A model generated the notes under the pieces. That model had not been told where the DNA came from and searched no databases. It was given only the letters and a program-made list of their open reading frames with translations. Shown here piece after piece: positions 1-9,036 of a stretch of 64,000 nt of DNA (within the stretch, counting starts at the first letter, position 1; the number at the start of each line of letters is the position of its first letter). The position numbers and the translations under genes were made by a program. This DNA comes from an uncultured Acidobacterium sp. (GTDB lineage Bacteria; Acidobacteriota; Vicinamibacteria; Vicinamibacterales; UBA2999): positions 6,853 to 70,852 of the forward strand of contig CAYGMD010000001.1 of assembly GCA_964350785.1 (NCBI GenBank), written 5' to 3'.

Positions 1-1
1 G

Positions 2-592
2 ACGGTGCAGCCCTCGGTGCCGGAATATCCGGAACCTGACCCACCGCCGCCGCCCGCGCCGGAATTCATCGACCTGACGGTGCCGTCCGACGCGGTGCTG
101 GGGCTGCAGATCGAGCGCACGGTGTCGAGCGAGCTTGCCCGCGTCGAAGACAAGGTGGACGCGCGCGTGACGCGCGATGTGCGCGTGGAGAATCGCGTGG
201 CCATCCCCGCCGGGTCGACCGTGCGCGGCTCGGTCATCGAAGTCGACAAGGGCGGGCGCATGAAGGGCAAGGCGCGCCTCGCCATCCGCTTCCACACCAT
301 CGTGCTCGCCGACGGTTCGCAACTCGCGCTCAAGAGCGATCCGGTGGTGCGTGAAGGCCAGTCGCCCGGCGGCGAGAGCGCGGCCAAGGTCGGCGGCGCG
401 GCCATTGGCGGGGCCATTCTGGGCGCGATTCTCGGCGGCGGCCGTGGCGCGGCCATCGGCGGCGCGGTCGGCGCGGGCGCCGGCACGGCCGCGGCGATGA
501 GCAACGATCGCAACCCGGCGACGCTGACGGCCGGTACGACCGTGACGGTGCGCATGCAGGCGCCGGTCACCGTGACGGTGCAGAAGGAATAG
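2..592 (+). CDS. hypothetical protein, 5' end outside window, with a C-terminal glycine-zipper-like Gly/Ala segment
   Basis: ORF 5..592 stays open to the window edge. A beta-rich region (..VRVENRVAIPAGSTVRGSVIEV..) is followed by GGAAIGGAILGAILGGGRGAAIGGAVGAGAG. Codons are GC3-rich. No family recognised with certainty. Confidence 0.5.
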   Translation, partial: TVQPSVPEYPEPDPPPPPAPEFIDLTVPSDAVLGLQIERTVSSELARVEDKVDARVTRDVRVENRVAIPAGSTVRGSVIEVDKGGRMKGKARLAIRFHTIVLADGSQLALKSDPVVREGQSPGGESAAKVGGAAIGGAILGAILGGGRGAAIGGAVGAGAGTAAAMSNDRNPATLTAGTTVTVRMQAPVTVTVQKE

Positions 593-701
593 CTGCCACC
601 ACGAGGCTCACCAGTGCCGTTGGGCCGAACGCAAGAATTCTCGTGTCCGTCGTGTTCTTCGTGGTTGCATTTCGCTATGATCGGCCCCGGAGGCTTTACA
701 C

Positions 702-1223
702 ATGCGTTCACTCACCACCGCCCTCATCGTCGCCGTGGGCGTTGCCACCCTCGCCGCGCAAACCAAGCAGGAGCGCGCCGGCATCGTGAACTTCACCAAG
801 GTCGACGCGGTGGTCGCCTGCGGCGGCGCCACCGAAACCTCGGCGCTCGACGGCCTGGCCAAGGACGGCTTCAAGGCCGTGATCAACCTGCGGCTGGCCA
901 CCGAACCCAACGTCAACATCGAGGCGAACGCGGCGCACGCCAAGTCGCTGGGCATGAACTACATCCACATCCCGTTCAACGGCCAGCAGCCCGACCCGAA
1001 GGTGGTCGATCAGTTCCTGGCGGCCATCGCCAACAAGGCCAACCAGCCGGTCTACGTGCACTGCGGCTCGGCGAGCCGGGTCGGCGCGGTGTGGATGGTC
1101 AAGCGCGTGCTGCAGGACGGCTGGGCCATCGACAAAGCGACGGAAGAGGCCAAGCTGATCGGCCTGCGCAGCGAGCCGCTCGAGAAGTTCGCGCTGTCGT
1201 ACATCGAAAGCCACAGGAAATAG
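702..1223 (+). CDS. secreted Cys-based phosphatase-like protein (PTP/DSP-like, DUF442-type)
   Basis: ATG is preceded by GGAGG. Signal peptide MRSLTTALIVAVGVATLAAQ. Active-site-like loop VHCGSASRVG. Confidence 0.55.
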   Translation: MRSLTTALIVAVGVATLAAQTKQERAGIVNFTKVDAVVACGGATETSALDGLAKDGFKAVINLRLATEPNVNIEANAAHAKSLGMNYIHIPFNGQQPDPKVVDQFLAAIANKANQPVYVHCGSASRVGAVWMVKRVLQDGWAIDKATEEAKLIGLRSEPLEKFALSYIESHRK

Positions 1224-1260
1224 CCCTCAAATAGCCCTTGCGTGGACGGGACGCCGGCGT

Positions 1261-1290
1261 TTGACATGCCGGCGCCCTGAAAGCGATACT
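1261..1290 (+). promoter_or_regulatory. candidate sigma-70 promoter of the metK leader
   Basis: TTGACA (1261-1266), an 18-nt spacer, then GATACT (1285-1290). It lies about 130 nt upstream of the metK ATG. Confidence 0.35.
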
Positions 1291-1381
1291 GAAGGGTCGT
1301 TGGTGTGGCGATTTCTCCGACTTGGTGGGCCGCACCGTAGCTTTGCCGCGTCAGGCGCGGCGCTATCTAAGTCGCGAGCAG

Positions 1382-1408
1382 GCCCGCAGCCGATCGCGGG
1401 CTTTTTTT
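1382..1408 (+). terminator. intrinsic terminator/attenuator hairpin 13 nt upstream of the metK start
   Basis: GCCCGC-AGCCGATC-GCGGGC followed by TTTTTTT. The RBS GGGAG and the ATG (1422) come immediately after it. Confidence 0.6.
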
Positions 1409-1421
1409 ATTGGGAGCGTAA

Positions 1422-2591
1422 ATGGGTAATCGATACATCTTCTCGTCGGAGTCGGTCGGTGAAGGCCATCCCGACAAGGTCGCCGACACTATTTCCGACG
1501 CGGTGCTTGATGCGTGCCTCGCGCAGGACAAGTTCAGCCGCGTCGCCTGCGAAACCTATGTGAAGTCGAACATGGTGATCGTCGGCGGCGAAATCACCAC
1601 CAAGGCCAAGCTCGACTTCGTCCAGATTGCGCGCGACAGCATCCGCGAGATCGGCTACGTCAACGACGACGACGTGTTCCATGCCGACCGCGTGTTCGTG
1701 AACGTGCTGGTCACGCAGCAGTCGCCCGACATCGCGCAGGGCGTCGACGCCCGCAAGGCGAAGGGCAAGAAGACCAACAAGCAGGGCGCCGGCGACCAGG
1801 GCCTGATGTTCGGCTACGCCAGCAACGAGACGCCCGAGCTGATGCCGGCGCCGATCATGTTCGCGCACCGCCTCGGCCGCACGCTCACCAAGATCCGCAA
1901 GGCCGGCGGCGCGGCGTGGCTGCGTCCCGACGCCAAGTCGCAGGTCTCGGTGGTGTACGAGAACGACAAGCCGGTCGCCATCTCGAACGTCGTGATCTCG
2001 ACCCAGCACGCCGCCGATGCCTCGCACGCCCAGATCGAAAAGTTCTGCATCGAGGAAGTGATCCGGAAGTGCCTGCCGGCGCGGCTGCTCACCAGCAGGA
2101 CCGAATTCCTGATCAACCCGACCGGCCGCTTCGTCGTCGGCGGGCCCCAAGGCGACACCGGCCTCACCGGCCGCAAGATCATCGTCGACAGCTATGGCGG
2201 CATGGGCCGGCACGGCGGCGGCGCGTTCTCGGGCAAGGATGCCACCAAGGTCGATCGCAGCGCGGCCTACATGGCACGCTGGGTGGCCAAGAACGTCGTC
2301 GCGGCCAAGCTCGCGGCGCGCTGCGAGGTGCAGTTCGCCTACGCCATCGGCCACCCCGATCCGGTCAGCGTGCACGTGGAAACCTTCGGCACGAACACCG
2401 TGCCGGACGGGAAGATCATCAAGGCCATCAACCACGTGTTCAACTTCCAGCCGGCCGAGATCATCGAGCAGCTCAGCCTGCGTCGCCCGATCTTCTCGAA
2501 GACCACCAACTACGGTCACTTCGGCAAGAACGACAAGGACCTGACGTGGGAAGCCACCAACAAGGTGGCGGCCCTGCTCAAGGCGCTGTAG
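1422..2591 (+). CDS. metK: S-adenosylmethionine synthetase (methionine adenosyltransferase)
   Basis: 389-aa ORF. N-terminus ..[25 protein letters not shown].. plus [12 protein letters not shown] and [16 protein letters not shown] motifs are unmistakable MetK. Confidence 0.97.
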   Translation: MGNRYIFSSESVGEGHPDKVADTISDAVLDACLAQDKFSRVACETYVKSNMVIVGGEITTKAKLDFVQIARDSIREIGYVNDDDVFHADRVFVNVLVTQQSPDIAQGVDARKAKGKKTNKQGAGDQGLMFGYASNETPELMPAPIMFAHRLGRTLTKIRKAGGAAWLRPDAKSQVSVVYENDKPVAISNVVISTQHAADASHAQIEKFCIEEVIRKCLPARLLTSRTEFLINPTGRFVVGGPQGDTGLTGRKIIVDSYGGMGRHGGGAFSGKDATKVDRSAAYMARWVAKNVVAAKLAARCEVQFAYAIGHPDPVSVHVETFGTNTVPDGKIIKAINHVFNFQPAEIIEQLSLRRPIFSKTTNYGHFGKNDKDLTWEATNKVAALLKAL

Positions 2592-2606
2592 TTTCGTCCG
2601 CCTCGC

Positions 2607-2640
2607 AAATGGCCCCGGTAATTGGGGCCATTTCTTTTGT
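2607..2640 (+). terminator. rho-independent terminator of metK
   Basis: AAATGGCCCC-GGTAATT-GGGGCCATTT followed by CTTTTGT. Confidence 0.8.
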
Positions 2641-2650
2641 ACGCTGGCTA

Positions 2651-2678
2651 TTACGTAAAATACGTAATTCTGTATAAT
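2651..2678 (+). promoter_or_regulatory. TA-operon promoter/operator: two TACGTA palindromes plus an extended -10
   Basis: TTACGTAAAATACGTAATTC TGTATAAT. TACGTA sits at 2652-2657 and 2661-2666, and TGnTATAAT at 2671-2678, 6 nt before the antitoxin ATG region. Confidence 0.5.
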
Positions 2679-2684
2679 CCGATT

Positions 2685-2951
2685 ATGGCGACGCCAATAA
2701 CAGCGACCGAACTTGCCAGGAAGCTGGGCGACTTCCTGGGCAGGGTCCGCTATCGAGGCGAGTCGTTCCTGGTCGAGCGCAACGGCGTGGCCGTGGCCCG
2801 CCTGGAGCCGGCGAATGTCGCCAGCCCACCGCGGCTGGCCGAGGCCCTGGCGGTCTGGAGCGGTTCCGGCCTCGAGGACGCCAGCTTTGCCGACGATCTT
2901 GAACGGGTGAATACGGCCGACAAGCCGCCGAAGAATCCATGGGCCTCGTAA
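2685..2951 (+). CDS. type II antitoxin (Phd/YefM-like) paired with VapC
   Basis: Internal ATG of ORF 2622..2951. Sequence [42 protein letters not shown]. It overlaps the downstream PIN gene by 13 nt. Confidence 0.75.
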   Translation: MATPITATELARKLGDFLGRVRYRGESFLVERNGVAVARLEPANVASPPRLAEALAVWSGSGLEDASFADDLERVNTADKPPKNPWAS

Positions 2952-3370
2952 TCGATACGAGCGCCCTCATTGCCGTGGAGCGGTACTCGGCGAGTCTCAA
3001 AGGCGAGGCGGCCTGGACCACGCAGTTCCCGCAGTTCGCCTCTGAACCCGTCGTGCTGCCGGCGATTGTTCTTGCCGAGGTTCTGGTCGGCGTGGCGATG
3101 GCCGACACGGCCATCCGTACGGCGGCCCGGCGCGCCCGCGTCGACGCGCTGGTGGCTCATGTGCCGGTCGTGGACTTCGATGCGGAGATTGCCGAGGAGT
3201 GGGCGCGCCTGTTTGCGATGCTCAGCCGCAAGGGCCGGCTGATTCCATCGAACGACCTGGCGGTGGCGGCAACTGCCAGGCGGCTGCAGTTTGGCGTTCT
3301 CGTCGGGCCGTCCGACGAGAAGCACTTCAGAATGGTCAACGACCTTCGCGTCGAAACGCTCCGCGCGTGA
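2939..3370 (+). CDS. vapC: PIN-domain ribonuclease toxin VapC
   Basis: [15 protein letters not shown].. N-terminus with a conserved acidic Asp. 143 aa. Overlaps the antitoxin gene. Confidence 0.85.
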   Translation: MGLVIDTSALIAVERYSASLKGEAAWTTQFPQFASEPVVLPAIVLAEVLVGVAMADTAIRTAARRARVDALVAHVPVVDFDAEIAEEWARLFAMLSRKGRLIPSNDLAVAATARRLQFGVLVGPSDEKHFRMVNDLRVETLRA

Positions 3371-3382
3371 CCCGGCCGCAGG

Positions 3383-4738
3383 TCATGGCGGCGTCGGGGT
3401 CACGATCCCAACGCCGGCCTTCACGACCACGGTCGCGCCAAACGGCCTCGAGCGCGTCGTCATCGTTTCCAGAATGCGGGCCGCGTCGGCGCCCGACGCG
3501 AGCTTGGGCCGCCCGCGCTCGGCGCGCGAGGTCTTGTAGCCGAGCGTGATCGGGTGCAGCTGCAGTTCGACGAACTGGCTTCCCTCCCACTTGGTCGTCG
3601 CAACCACCGAATCCCAGTACTCAGGGTCGGAGGGAAAACTCCGCCGGTCCTTGTCGTAGCGCGCGTCGAGGTAATCGGCCGGTTGCGCGTTGGCATCCAA
3701 GTCGTATTGTTCGTAACTGTCGGCGGGCATCCGCAACAGCGTCTCGTTCTGGAAGATGAAATTCGACAGGCTGTAGAGAATCGGCTTGCCCTTGTAGATC
3801 TCGACACCACGCAGGACGTGCGGGCCGTGGCCGACGAAGATGTCGGCGCCGGCATCGACGACGGCGCGGGCGAAGATGGGGATGAAGTCTGCGGGCACGG
3901 ACCGGTTCGCGCCGCCCTCGTGGCAATGGAGCGAGACGATGACGATGTCGGCGAGGGCGGCGGCGCTGCGCACCACGCGGGCAATGTCCTCGACGTCGGC
4001 CTTGTCTGGTTCGGTGCGTTGGCCCGGCACCGGGCCGGCGACATAGCGGCGACCACCGAAGTTAACGCTGTCGCCGGCCGGCGGCGGCTGCCCTGACAGC
4101 TCGGCCGCGACCTGCCTGAGGTCCGCCAGTCGATCCGGCGTCACCACATACGTGGTCGTGAATCGCAGCGGGTTCAGGCCTGGCCGCGCCGGCATGTCGC
4201 CTCGCGTGTTGCCCGCGCGCGAGGACGGCGGAAAGGTGGACGCCGCCGAGATCAGGGCGATGCGCGCGCGGGGCGTCTCCAGGAACTTCGCCTCGCGCGC
4301 TTCGGCCAGGCTGTTGCCGACGCCGGCCTCGACCAGTCCCGCCTCGCGCACGTAGCGGCTGGTGATCTGCGAGGCGAGCGGGCCGAAGTCGCCGGCGTGG
4401 TTGTTGGCGCGCGACACCAGGTCGAAGCCGGCCCACACCAGTTCCTTGAGGATGGGCGGATCGGTACGCATCCAGGTGCCGCCGCTTTCGTGGGACGGCG
4501 GCGCCTCGTAGTCGTGGAACAGGGTTTCGAGATTGGTGAAGGCCGCGTCGGCGCCGCGGATCAGGTCAAACAGCCGCGTGAACGCCGGCTCCTGGAAGGG
4601 CGACAGCCGCTGCATGATGATGCTGTCGCCGGTCAGCGCGAGCGTCACCGTGCCGCGCGACTGCCCCGCCGTGGGCGCCTGGCCCACGAGCACCGCGATT
4701 ACCAACACCACGCCGATCGCCACGCGCTTGACCATCAT
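3383..4738 (-). CDS. CapA-family (poly-gamma-glutamate synthesis / metallophosphatase-like) exported protein
   Basis: True start is the MMVKRVAIGVVLVIAVL.. signal peptide, aa 96 of ORF 3383..5023, preceded by GGAGG. Motifs ..TLALTGDSII.., ..SRANNHAGDFG.., ..VSLHCHEG.., ..FVGHGPHVLRG... Confidence 0.8.
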   Translation of the reverse strand: MMVKRVAIGVVLVIAVLVGQAPTAGQSRGTVTLALTGDSIIMQRLSPFQEPAFTRLFDLIRGADAAFTNLETLFHDYEAPPSHESGGTWMRTDPPILKELVWAGFDLVSRANNHAGDFGPLASQITSRYVREAGLVEAGVGNSLAEAREAKFLETPRARIALISAASTFPPSSRAGNTRGDMPARPGLNPLRFTTTYVVTPDRLADLRQVAAELSGQPPPAGDSVNFGGRRYVAGPVPGQRTEPDKADVEDIARVVRSAAALADIVIVSLHCHEGGANRSVPADFIPIFARAVVDAGADIFVGHGPHVLRGVEIYKGKPILYSLSNFIFQNETLLRMPADSYEQYDLDANAQPADYLDARYDKDRRSFPSDPEYWDSVVATTKWEGSQFVELQLHPITLGYKTSRAERGRPKLASGADAARILETMTTRSRPFGATVVVKAGVGIVTPTPP

Positions 4739-4780
4739 GTCCTCCAGCGCGCGGAGTATACCTTGCCCGGTACGACAACA

Positions 4781-4807
4781 AGCGGGCCCGCCTTCGGCGG
4801 GCCCGCT
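4781..4807 (-). terminator. terminator hairpin after the small secreted protein gene
   Basis: AGCGGGCCCGCC-GAA-GGCGGGCCCGCT on the minus strand, followed by TGTTGT. Confidence 0.7.
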
Positions 4808-4830
4808 GGCAGGAGAGTCGTGGCTGGGCG

Positions 4831-5190
4831 TCAGTTCGCCAGCTTGATCGACTTGACGTTGATCGACTTGACGCCGTCCTTCTCGGTCACTTCGCCGGTG
4901 ACGATCACCTTCTTGGCGACGAAGTCGAGCAGCTTGGCGTTCTTGTTGGCGGTGTAGTCGCCGGTCATGGTGTAGATGGCGTCGGCGGTCAGCACGCCGA
5001 CCGGCTGGCCGGCCTTGGCGCACGACATGGCGCAGGCGGCGTGGGCCTCGCCCTTGCCGGCGTCCTTCTTGCTGGTCGCGCAGGCAATGTCCACGACTTC
5101 ACCCTTCACGGTCATGTCGGCGGCGAAGGCCGGCATCACCAGCGCGGCGACGAGCGCAGCGCCCGACAGCATTGAAATCATGTTACGCAT
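4831..5190 (-). CDS. small secreted Cys-containing hypothetical protein
   Basis: Start at MRNMISMLSGAALVAALVMPAFAA (GAGGAG 7 nt upstream). Mature part holds 4 Cys (..DIACATSKKDAGKGEAHAACAMSCAKAG..). Confidence 0.6.
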   Translation of the reverse strand: MRNMISMLSGAALVAALVMPAFAADMTVKGEVVDIACATSKKDAGKGEAHAACAMSCAKAGQPVGVLTADAIYTMTGDYTANKNAKLLDFVAKKVIVTGEVTEKDGVKSINVKSIKLAN

Positions 5191-5200
5191 CTGGAACTCC

Positions 5201-5253
5201 TCAATCACGTTGGTTCAATCACGTTGGTTCAACCACGAGGGTTCAACCGGGGT
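5201..5253. repeat. 14-bp tandem repeat array in a divergent promoter region
   Basis: TCAATCACGTTGGT occurs twice perfectly, then TCAACCACGAGGGT, then TCAACCGGGGT. It lies between the minus-strand gene start (5190) and a TATACT box (5266-5271) upstream of the S9 peptidase gene. Confidence 0.7.
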
Positions 5254-5313
5254 TCACCTCCGAAAGTATACTGCCCGCGGTGCCGGACGGGGATCTGGCA
5301 GCGGGGAGCAAAT

Positions 5314-7287
5314 ATGCGCAAATTGCTGGCGGGTTTCGGCGTCGTCGGTCTCTATCTCATCCATTCAGCCGGGCTGCTGGCGGCCCAGTCGCCGGTGGCG
5401 CCCGCGATTGACGACCTGCTCAACCTCAGGCGTGTGGCGTCGCCCGTGATCTCGCCGGATGGCCGCCAGGTGGCGTTCACCCTCCGCGAGACCAACTGGG
5501 ACGAGAACGCCTACGAAACCGAACTCTGGCTGGGCGATGCCTCGGGGCCGGCGCGCCAGTTGACCAATGCCAGCAAGTCGAGCATGCAGCCGGCGTGGTC
5601 GCCCGATGGCGCGTGGCTGGCGTTTGTGTCGGACCGCGACGGCAAGCGCCAGATCTATCGCATTGCGGTGGCGGGCGGTGAGGCCGAAAAGCTGACCTCG
5701 GGCGACGAGGGCGTGGCCAACTTCTCGTGGTCGCCCAAGGGCAACCAGATTGCCTTCACCATGACCGATGCGGTCACCGGCGCGATGAAGGAACGCGACA
5801 AGCAGTGGGGCGAGATCCGGATCGAGGACGAAGACCAGCGCTACACGCACCTTTACGTGCTCGACCTCGCCACCAAGGCCATCACGCCCCTGACCTCCGG
5901 CGCCTTCGTGGTCGGCAGTTTTGACTGGGCGCCTGACGCCACCCGGCTGGCCTTCGACCACCGGACGACCAGCGATCCGGCCGACGGCGGCTCGGCCGAC
6001 ATCTCGCTGGTGACGGTCGCCACGGCCGCGCGCGAAGCGCTCGTCTCGCAACCCGGTCCCGACAGCAACCCGCGCTGGTCGCCCGACGGCTCGCAAATCG
6101 CGTTCGTCTCGGCAATGGCCAAGCCGTTTTACTTCTACCAGAACAACGTGCTCGCCACCGTCACGCCCGGCAAGGGCGACATCCAGAGCCTGACCGACGC
6201 GTTCGACGAAGAGCCCAACCTCGTCGCGTGGACCAAGACCGGCATCTTCTTCTCGGCGTCGCAGCGCACCTGGTCGTACCTGTTCGCCCTGAATCCGGCG
6301 ACGAAGCAGATCGCGAAGCGCACGGTTCGCGAGCACTGGATTGGCAGCTCGTTCTCGCTCACGCCCGACGGCGGCACGGCTGCCTTCATCGGCTCGGGGC
6401 CGGCTGACTTCCCGGATGTCTACGTCGCTCCGGTAGCCACGATGGCGGCAAAAAAAGTCAGCGACACCGGCGCGCAGATCGCACAGTGGCCGAAGCACGC
6501 GCGAGAGGTCGTGAAGTGGAAGAGCCAGGACGGCGCCGAGATCGAGGGCGTGCTGCACAAGCCGGCCGATTTCCAGGCCGGCAAGCGCTATCCGCTGATG
6601 ATCGTGATTCACGGCGGACCAACCGGCGTGTCGCGGCCGGTACCCTACGGCCAGGTGGGCTACTACCCCGTTGATGCGTTCCTGGCCAAGGGCGCCCTGG
6701 TGCTCGAACCAAACTACCGGGGCAGTGCCGGCTACGGCGAGAAGTTCCGCTCGCTGAACGTCCGGAACCTCGGCATCGGCGATGCCTGGGACGTGCTGTC
6801 TGGCATCGACGCGCTCGTGCAGCAGGGGCTCGTGGACGAGGACCGTGTCGGCAGCATGGGCTGGAGCCAGGGCGGCTACATCTCGGCGTTCCTCACGACC
6901 AAGCACGCCGATCGCTTCAAGGCGCTCTCGGTCGGCGCCGGGATCTCCGACTGGATGACGTATTACGTGAACACCGACATCCACCCGTTCACGCGCCAGT
7001 ATCTCAAGGCCACGCCGTGGGACGACCCGAAGATCTACGCCGACACCTCACCCATGACCTACATCAAGCAGGCGCGCACGCCGACGCTGATCCAGCACGG
7101 CGAAAACGATGCGCGGGTGCCGATCCCGAATGCGTTCCAGTTGTACCAGGGCCTGCGCGATCAGAACGTGCCGGTGCAGCTCTCGATCTTCAAGGGCTTC
7201 GGCCATGGGCTCACCAAGCCAAAGGCCAACCGCGGCGCCATGCAGCAGAACCTCGACTGGTTCACTAAATACGTGTGGGGGACTTAG
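5314..7287 (+). CDS. S9-family serine peptidase (prolyl oligopeptidase / acylaminoacyl-peptidase type), exported
   Basis: Start MRKLLAGFGVVGLYL.. follows GGGGAG. An N-terminal beta-propeller region with WSPDG repeats is followed by a C-terminal alpha/beta hydrolase with GWSQGG nucleophile motif and ..HGENDARVP... Confidence 0.9.
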   Translation: MRKLLAGFGVVGLYLIHSAGLLAAQSPVAPAIDDLLNLRRVASPVISPDGRQVAFTLRETNWDENAYETELWLGDASGPARQLTNASKSSMQPAWSPDGAWLAFVSDRDGKRQIYRIAVAGGEAEKLTSGDEGVANFSWSPKGNQIAFTMTDAVTGAMKERDKQWGEIRIEDEDQRYTHLYVLDLATKAITPLTSGAFVVGSFDWAPDATRLAFDHRTTSDPADGGSADISLVTVATAAREALVSQPGPDSNPRWSPDGSQIAFVSAMAKPFYFYQNNVLATVTPGKGDIQSLTDAFDEEPNLVAWTKTGIFFSASQRTWSYLFALNPATKQIAKRTVREHWIGSSFSLTPDGGTAAFIGSGPADFPDVYVAPVATMAAKKVSDTGAQIAQWPKHAREVVKWKSQDGAEIEGVLHKPADFQAGKRYPLMIVIHGGPTGVSRPVPYGQVGYYPVDAFLAKGALVLEPNYRGSAGYGEKFRSLNVRNLGIGDAWDVLSGIDALVQQGLVDEDRVGSMGWSQGGYISAFLTTKHADRFKALSVGAGISDWMTYYVNTDIHPFTRQYLKATPWDDPKIYADTSPMTYIKQARTPTLIQHGENDARVPIPNAFQLYQGLRDQNVPVQLSIFKGFGHGLTKPKANRGAMQQNLDWFTKYVWGT

Positions 7288-7340
7288 GGGCTTGGGGGCT
7301 TGGAGGCTTGGGGTGCCGCAAGTCCCCAAGTCCCCAAGCC
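7288..7340. terminator. repeat-built hairpin between convergent genes (putative bidirectional terminator)
   Basis: GGGGCTTGGGGGCTTGGAGGCTTGGGG-tgccgcaa-GTCCCCAAGTCCCCAAGCC. The arms are tandem GGCTTGG(G/A)G units. Confidence 0.6.
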
Positions 7341-8002
7341 TATTTGATCTCCCCGAACGCAATGTCCAGGATCGGGTAGCGCTGCCAGTCGCGGAAGTTG
7401 AAGTGCCACCACTCGTTCGATTCCACGGTGAAGCCGTGGCGTTCCATTACCTTGCGCAGGAGGTCGCGCCGGCCGCGCGCCTCCGGCGGGCCGCCGGGAT
7501 AGTCGGGGTACGAGCGCGGCGACATCTCGTCGTAGCCGCCCGGCATCTCCACCACCCTCCCCGTCGCCAGGTCGTACATCGTCAGATCCACCGCGCACCT
7601 GCGATTGTGTTTTGACCCGGTCTTCGGATCGGCGACGAACTCGCGCTGGAAGCCGCTGGTCATGTCCCAGAACAGCTTGGTGATGGCCCACGGCCGATAG
7701 CCGTCGTGAATCATCAGGCCGTAGCCGTCGCGGGCCAGCTCCTTGTGTGCGGCCAGTAACGCTTCGGCGGCCGGGCGCTGCAGGAACGCGCGCGCTTCCT
7801 TGTAGACCGGCTTGCCGAGAAAGTTGTCGGTGCCGGCGTAGCGAATGTCGAGCTTGATGGAGGGATCGAGCTTGACCAGCTCCACCAAGTCAGCAGCGCG
7901 CGTCGCCTTGGGGTCTTTCGGCGGGCCATCCTGGCCCACGGAGCCATAAGCCGCAGAGGCACAGAGACACAGAGCAATCAATAGTTTCATGCGTTGCCTC
8001 AT
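7340..8002 (-). CDS. D-alanyl-D-alanine dipeptidase (VanX/DdpX, peptidase M15D), exported
   Basis: ..MIHDGYRPW.., ..SKHNRRCAVDLTM.. and ..NEWWHFNF.. motifs. N-terminal signal peptide MKLLIALCLCASAAYG. Confidence 0.85.
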   Translation of the reverse strand: MRQRMKLLIALCLCASAAYGSVGQDGPPKDPKATRAADLVELVKLDPSIKLDIRYAGTDNFLGKPVYKEARAFLQRPAAEALLAAHKELARDGYGLMIHDGYRPWAITKLFWDMTSGFQREFVADPKTGSKHNRRCAVDLTMYDLATGRVVEMPGGYDEMSPRSYPDYPGGPPEARGRRDLLRKVMERHGFTVESNEWWHFNFRDWQRYPILDIAFGEIK

Positions 8003-8006
8003 AGCC

Positions 8007-8036
8007 GCACCCTAGGCACCCTAGGCACCTTGGCAC
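8007..8036. repeat. 9-bp tandem repeat in the ddpX-like/dedA divergent promoter region
   Basis: GCACCCTAG GCACCCTAG GCACCTTGG CAC, followed by CTATATAC and the dedA-like ATG at 8055. Confidence 0.5.
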
Positions 8037-8054
8037 TACTCTATATACACCTTC

Positions 8055-8705
8055 ATGGAATACGTCATCGACCTGTTTCTCCACCTGGATGTGCACCTCG
8101 CGGAATTCGTCGCGCAGTACGGCGTCTGGGTCTACGCCATGCTGTTTGCCATCATCTTCATCGAGACGGGCCTGGTCATCTGGCCCTTCCTGCCGGGCGA
8201 CTCGCTGCTGTTTGCGGCGGGGGCGATGGCGGCCACCGGCGCGCTCGACCCGTGGCTGACCGCCACGCTGCTCGTCGCGGCGGCGATCGCCGGTGATGCC
8301 GTCAACTACTCGGTCGGGCGGTTCATCGGGCCCAAGGTCTTTTCCGCCCACGACTATCAAGGCTTCCTGCACAAGCTGCTCAACCGCGATCACCTTGACA
8401 AGGCGCACGCCTTCTTCGAGAAGCACGGCGGCATGGCCGTCGCCTCCGGCCGCTTCGTCCCCATCGTCCGCACCTTCGTGCCGTTTGTCGCCGGCGCGGC
8501 GTCGATGACGGCGTCGAAGTTCGTGATGTGGAACATCCTCGGCGCGTTCATCTGGGTCGGCGTGTGCATGGGCGCGGGCTACGTTTTTGGCAACGTGCCG
8601 GTGGTCAAAGACAACTTCTCGCTCGTGGCGATCGGCATCATCGGCGTGTCAGTGCTGCCGATTGCGATCGAGATGTACCGACAGAGACGGGGGGGCACTG
8701 CTTGA
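8055..8705 (+). CDS. DedA-family (SNARE-associated) inner-membrane protein
   Basis: ..FIETGLVIWPFLPGDSLLFAAGA.. and ..GRFVPIVRTFVPFVAG.. motifs. Multi-TM, 216 aa. Confidence 0.85.
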   Translation: MEYVIDLFLHLDVHLAEFVAQYGVWVYAMLFAIIFIETGLVIWPFLPGDSLLFAAGAMAATGALDPWLTATLLVAAAIAGDAVNYSVGRFIGPKVFSAHDYQGFLHKLLNRDHLDKAHAFFEKHGGMAVASGRFVPIVRTFVPFVAGAASMTASKFVMWNILGAFIWVGVCMGAGYVFGNVPVVKDNFSLVAIGIIGVSVLPIAIEMYRQRRGGTA

Positions 8706-8915
8706 CGGGAGGGCTCATCGCTTGCCGCGCCGTCTTGTCCGCCGTAGCTCACGGCGAAGGTGGAAGCGCAACGCGCAACGGTGCGGCTGCTAGGCATGAG
8801 CGCGGTGACGCGTTCAGCTTCGCGCCAAGCACCACGGTCGGTTGGGCGACAGACGCCGGCGGCCGCATCGCCAGGCTGATGACCGCAACGCCGTAGCATC
8901 CCGCAGAACACCTGA

Positions 8916-9034
8916 AATATTCCCGATCGGGAATATTTGTAAGATTTCCGCCGGTTCTTGCTCAGATATTCCCGTTCGGGAATACACATCAGATTTCTCC
9001 TGTCAGGTATGCCATAATTTCCCGATCGGGAATA
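8916..9034 (+). promoter_or_regulatory. three palindromic operators upstream of and overlapping the hipB start region
   Basis: AATATTCCCGATCGGGAATATT (8916-8937, a perfect 22-bp palindrome); TATTCCCGTTCGGGAATA (8967-8984); TTTCCCGATCGGGAAT (about 9018-9033). Centres are 49 and 50 bp apart. A CATAAT box lies at 9013-9018. Confidence 0.6.
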
Positions 9035-9036
9035 CC

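Noticed and set aside
1297-1421. Assignment of the metK leader to the SAM-I, SAM-II, SAM-IV or SAM/SAH riboswitch classes.
   Set aside because: The conserved cores I remember (GAGGGA, GGCCC..GCAACC and the AAAGCU pseudoknot arm in the right orientation) are not present. Only the generic promoter-terminator architecture is reported.
2622-3370. Whether the VapBC and HipBA pairs mark a genomic island or defence locus.
   Set aside because: Flanking genes (metK, capA-like, dedA) are housekeeping-like. There is no integrase, tRNA or direct-repeat boundary. Only the non-coding region after hipA is compositionally odd, and it is reported separately.
8706-8915. Possible gene or RNA in the roughly 330-bp gap between dedA and the hipB operators.
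   Set aside because: The only ORFs (8528..8896+, 8579..8989-) have junk composition. I could find no tRNA-like T-loop or obvious conserved structure.
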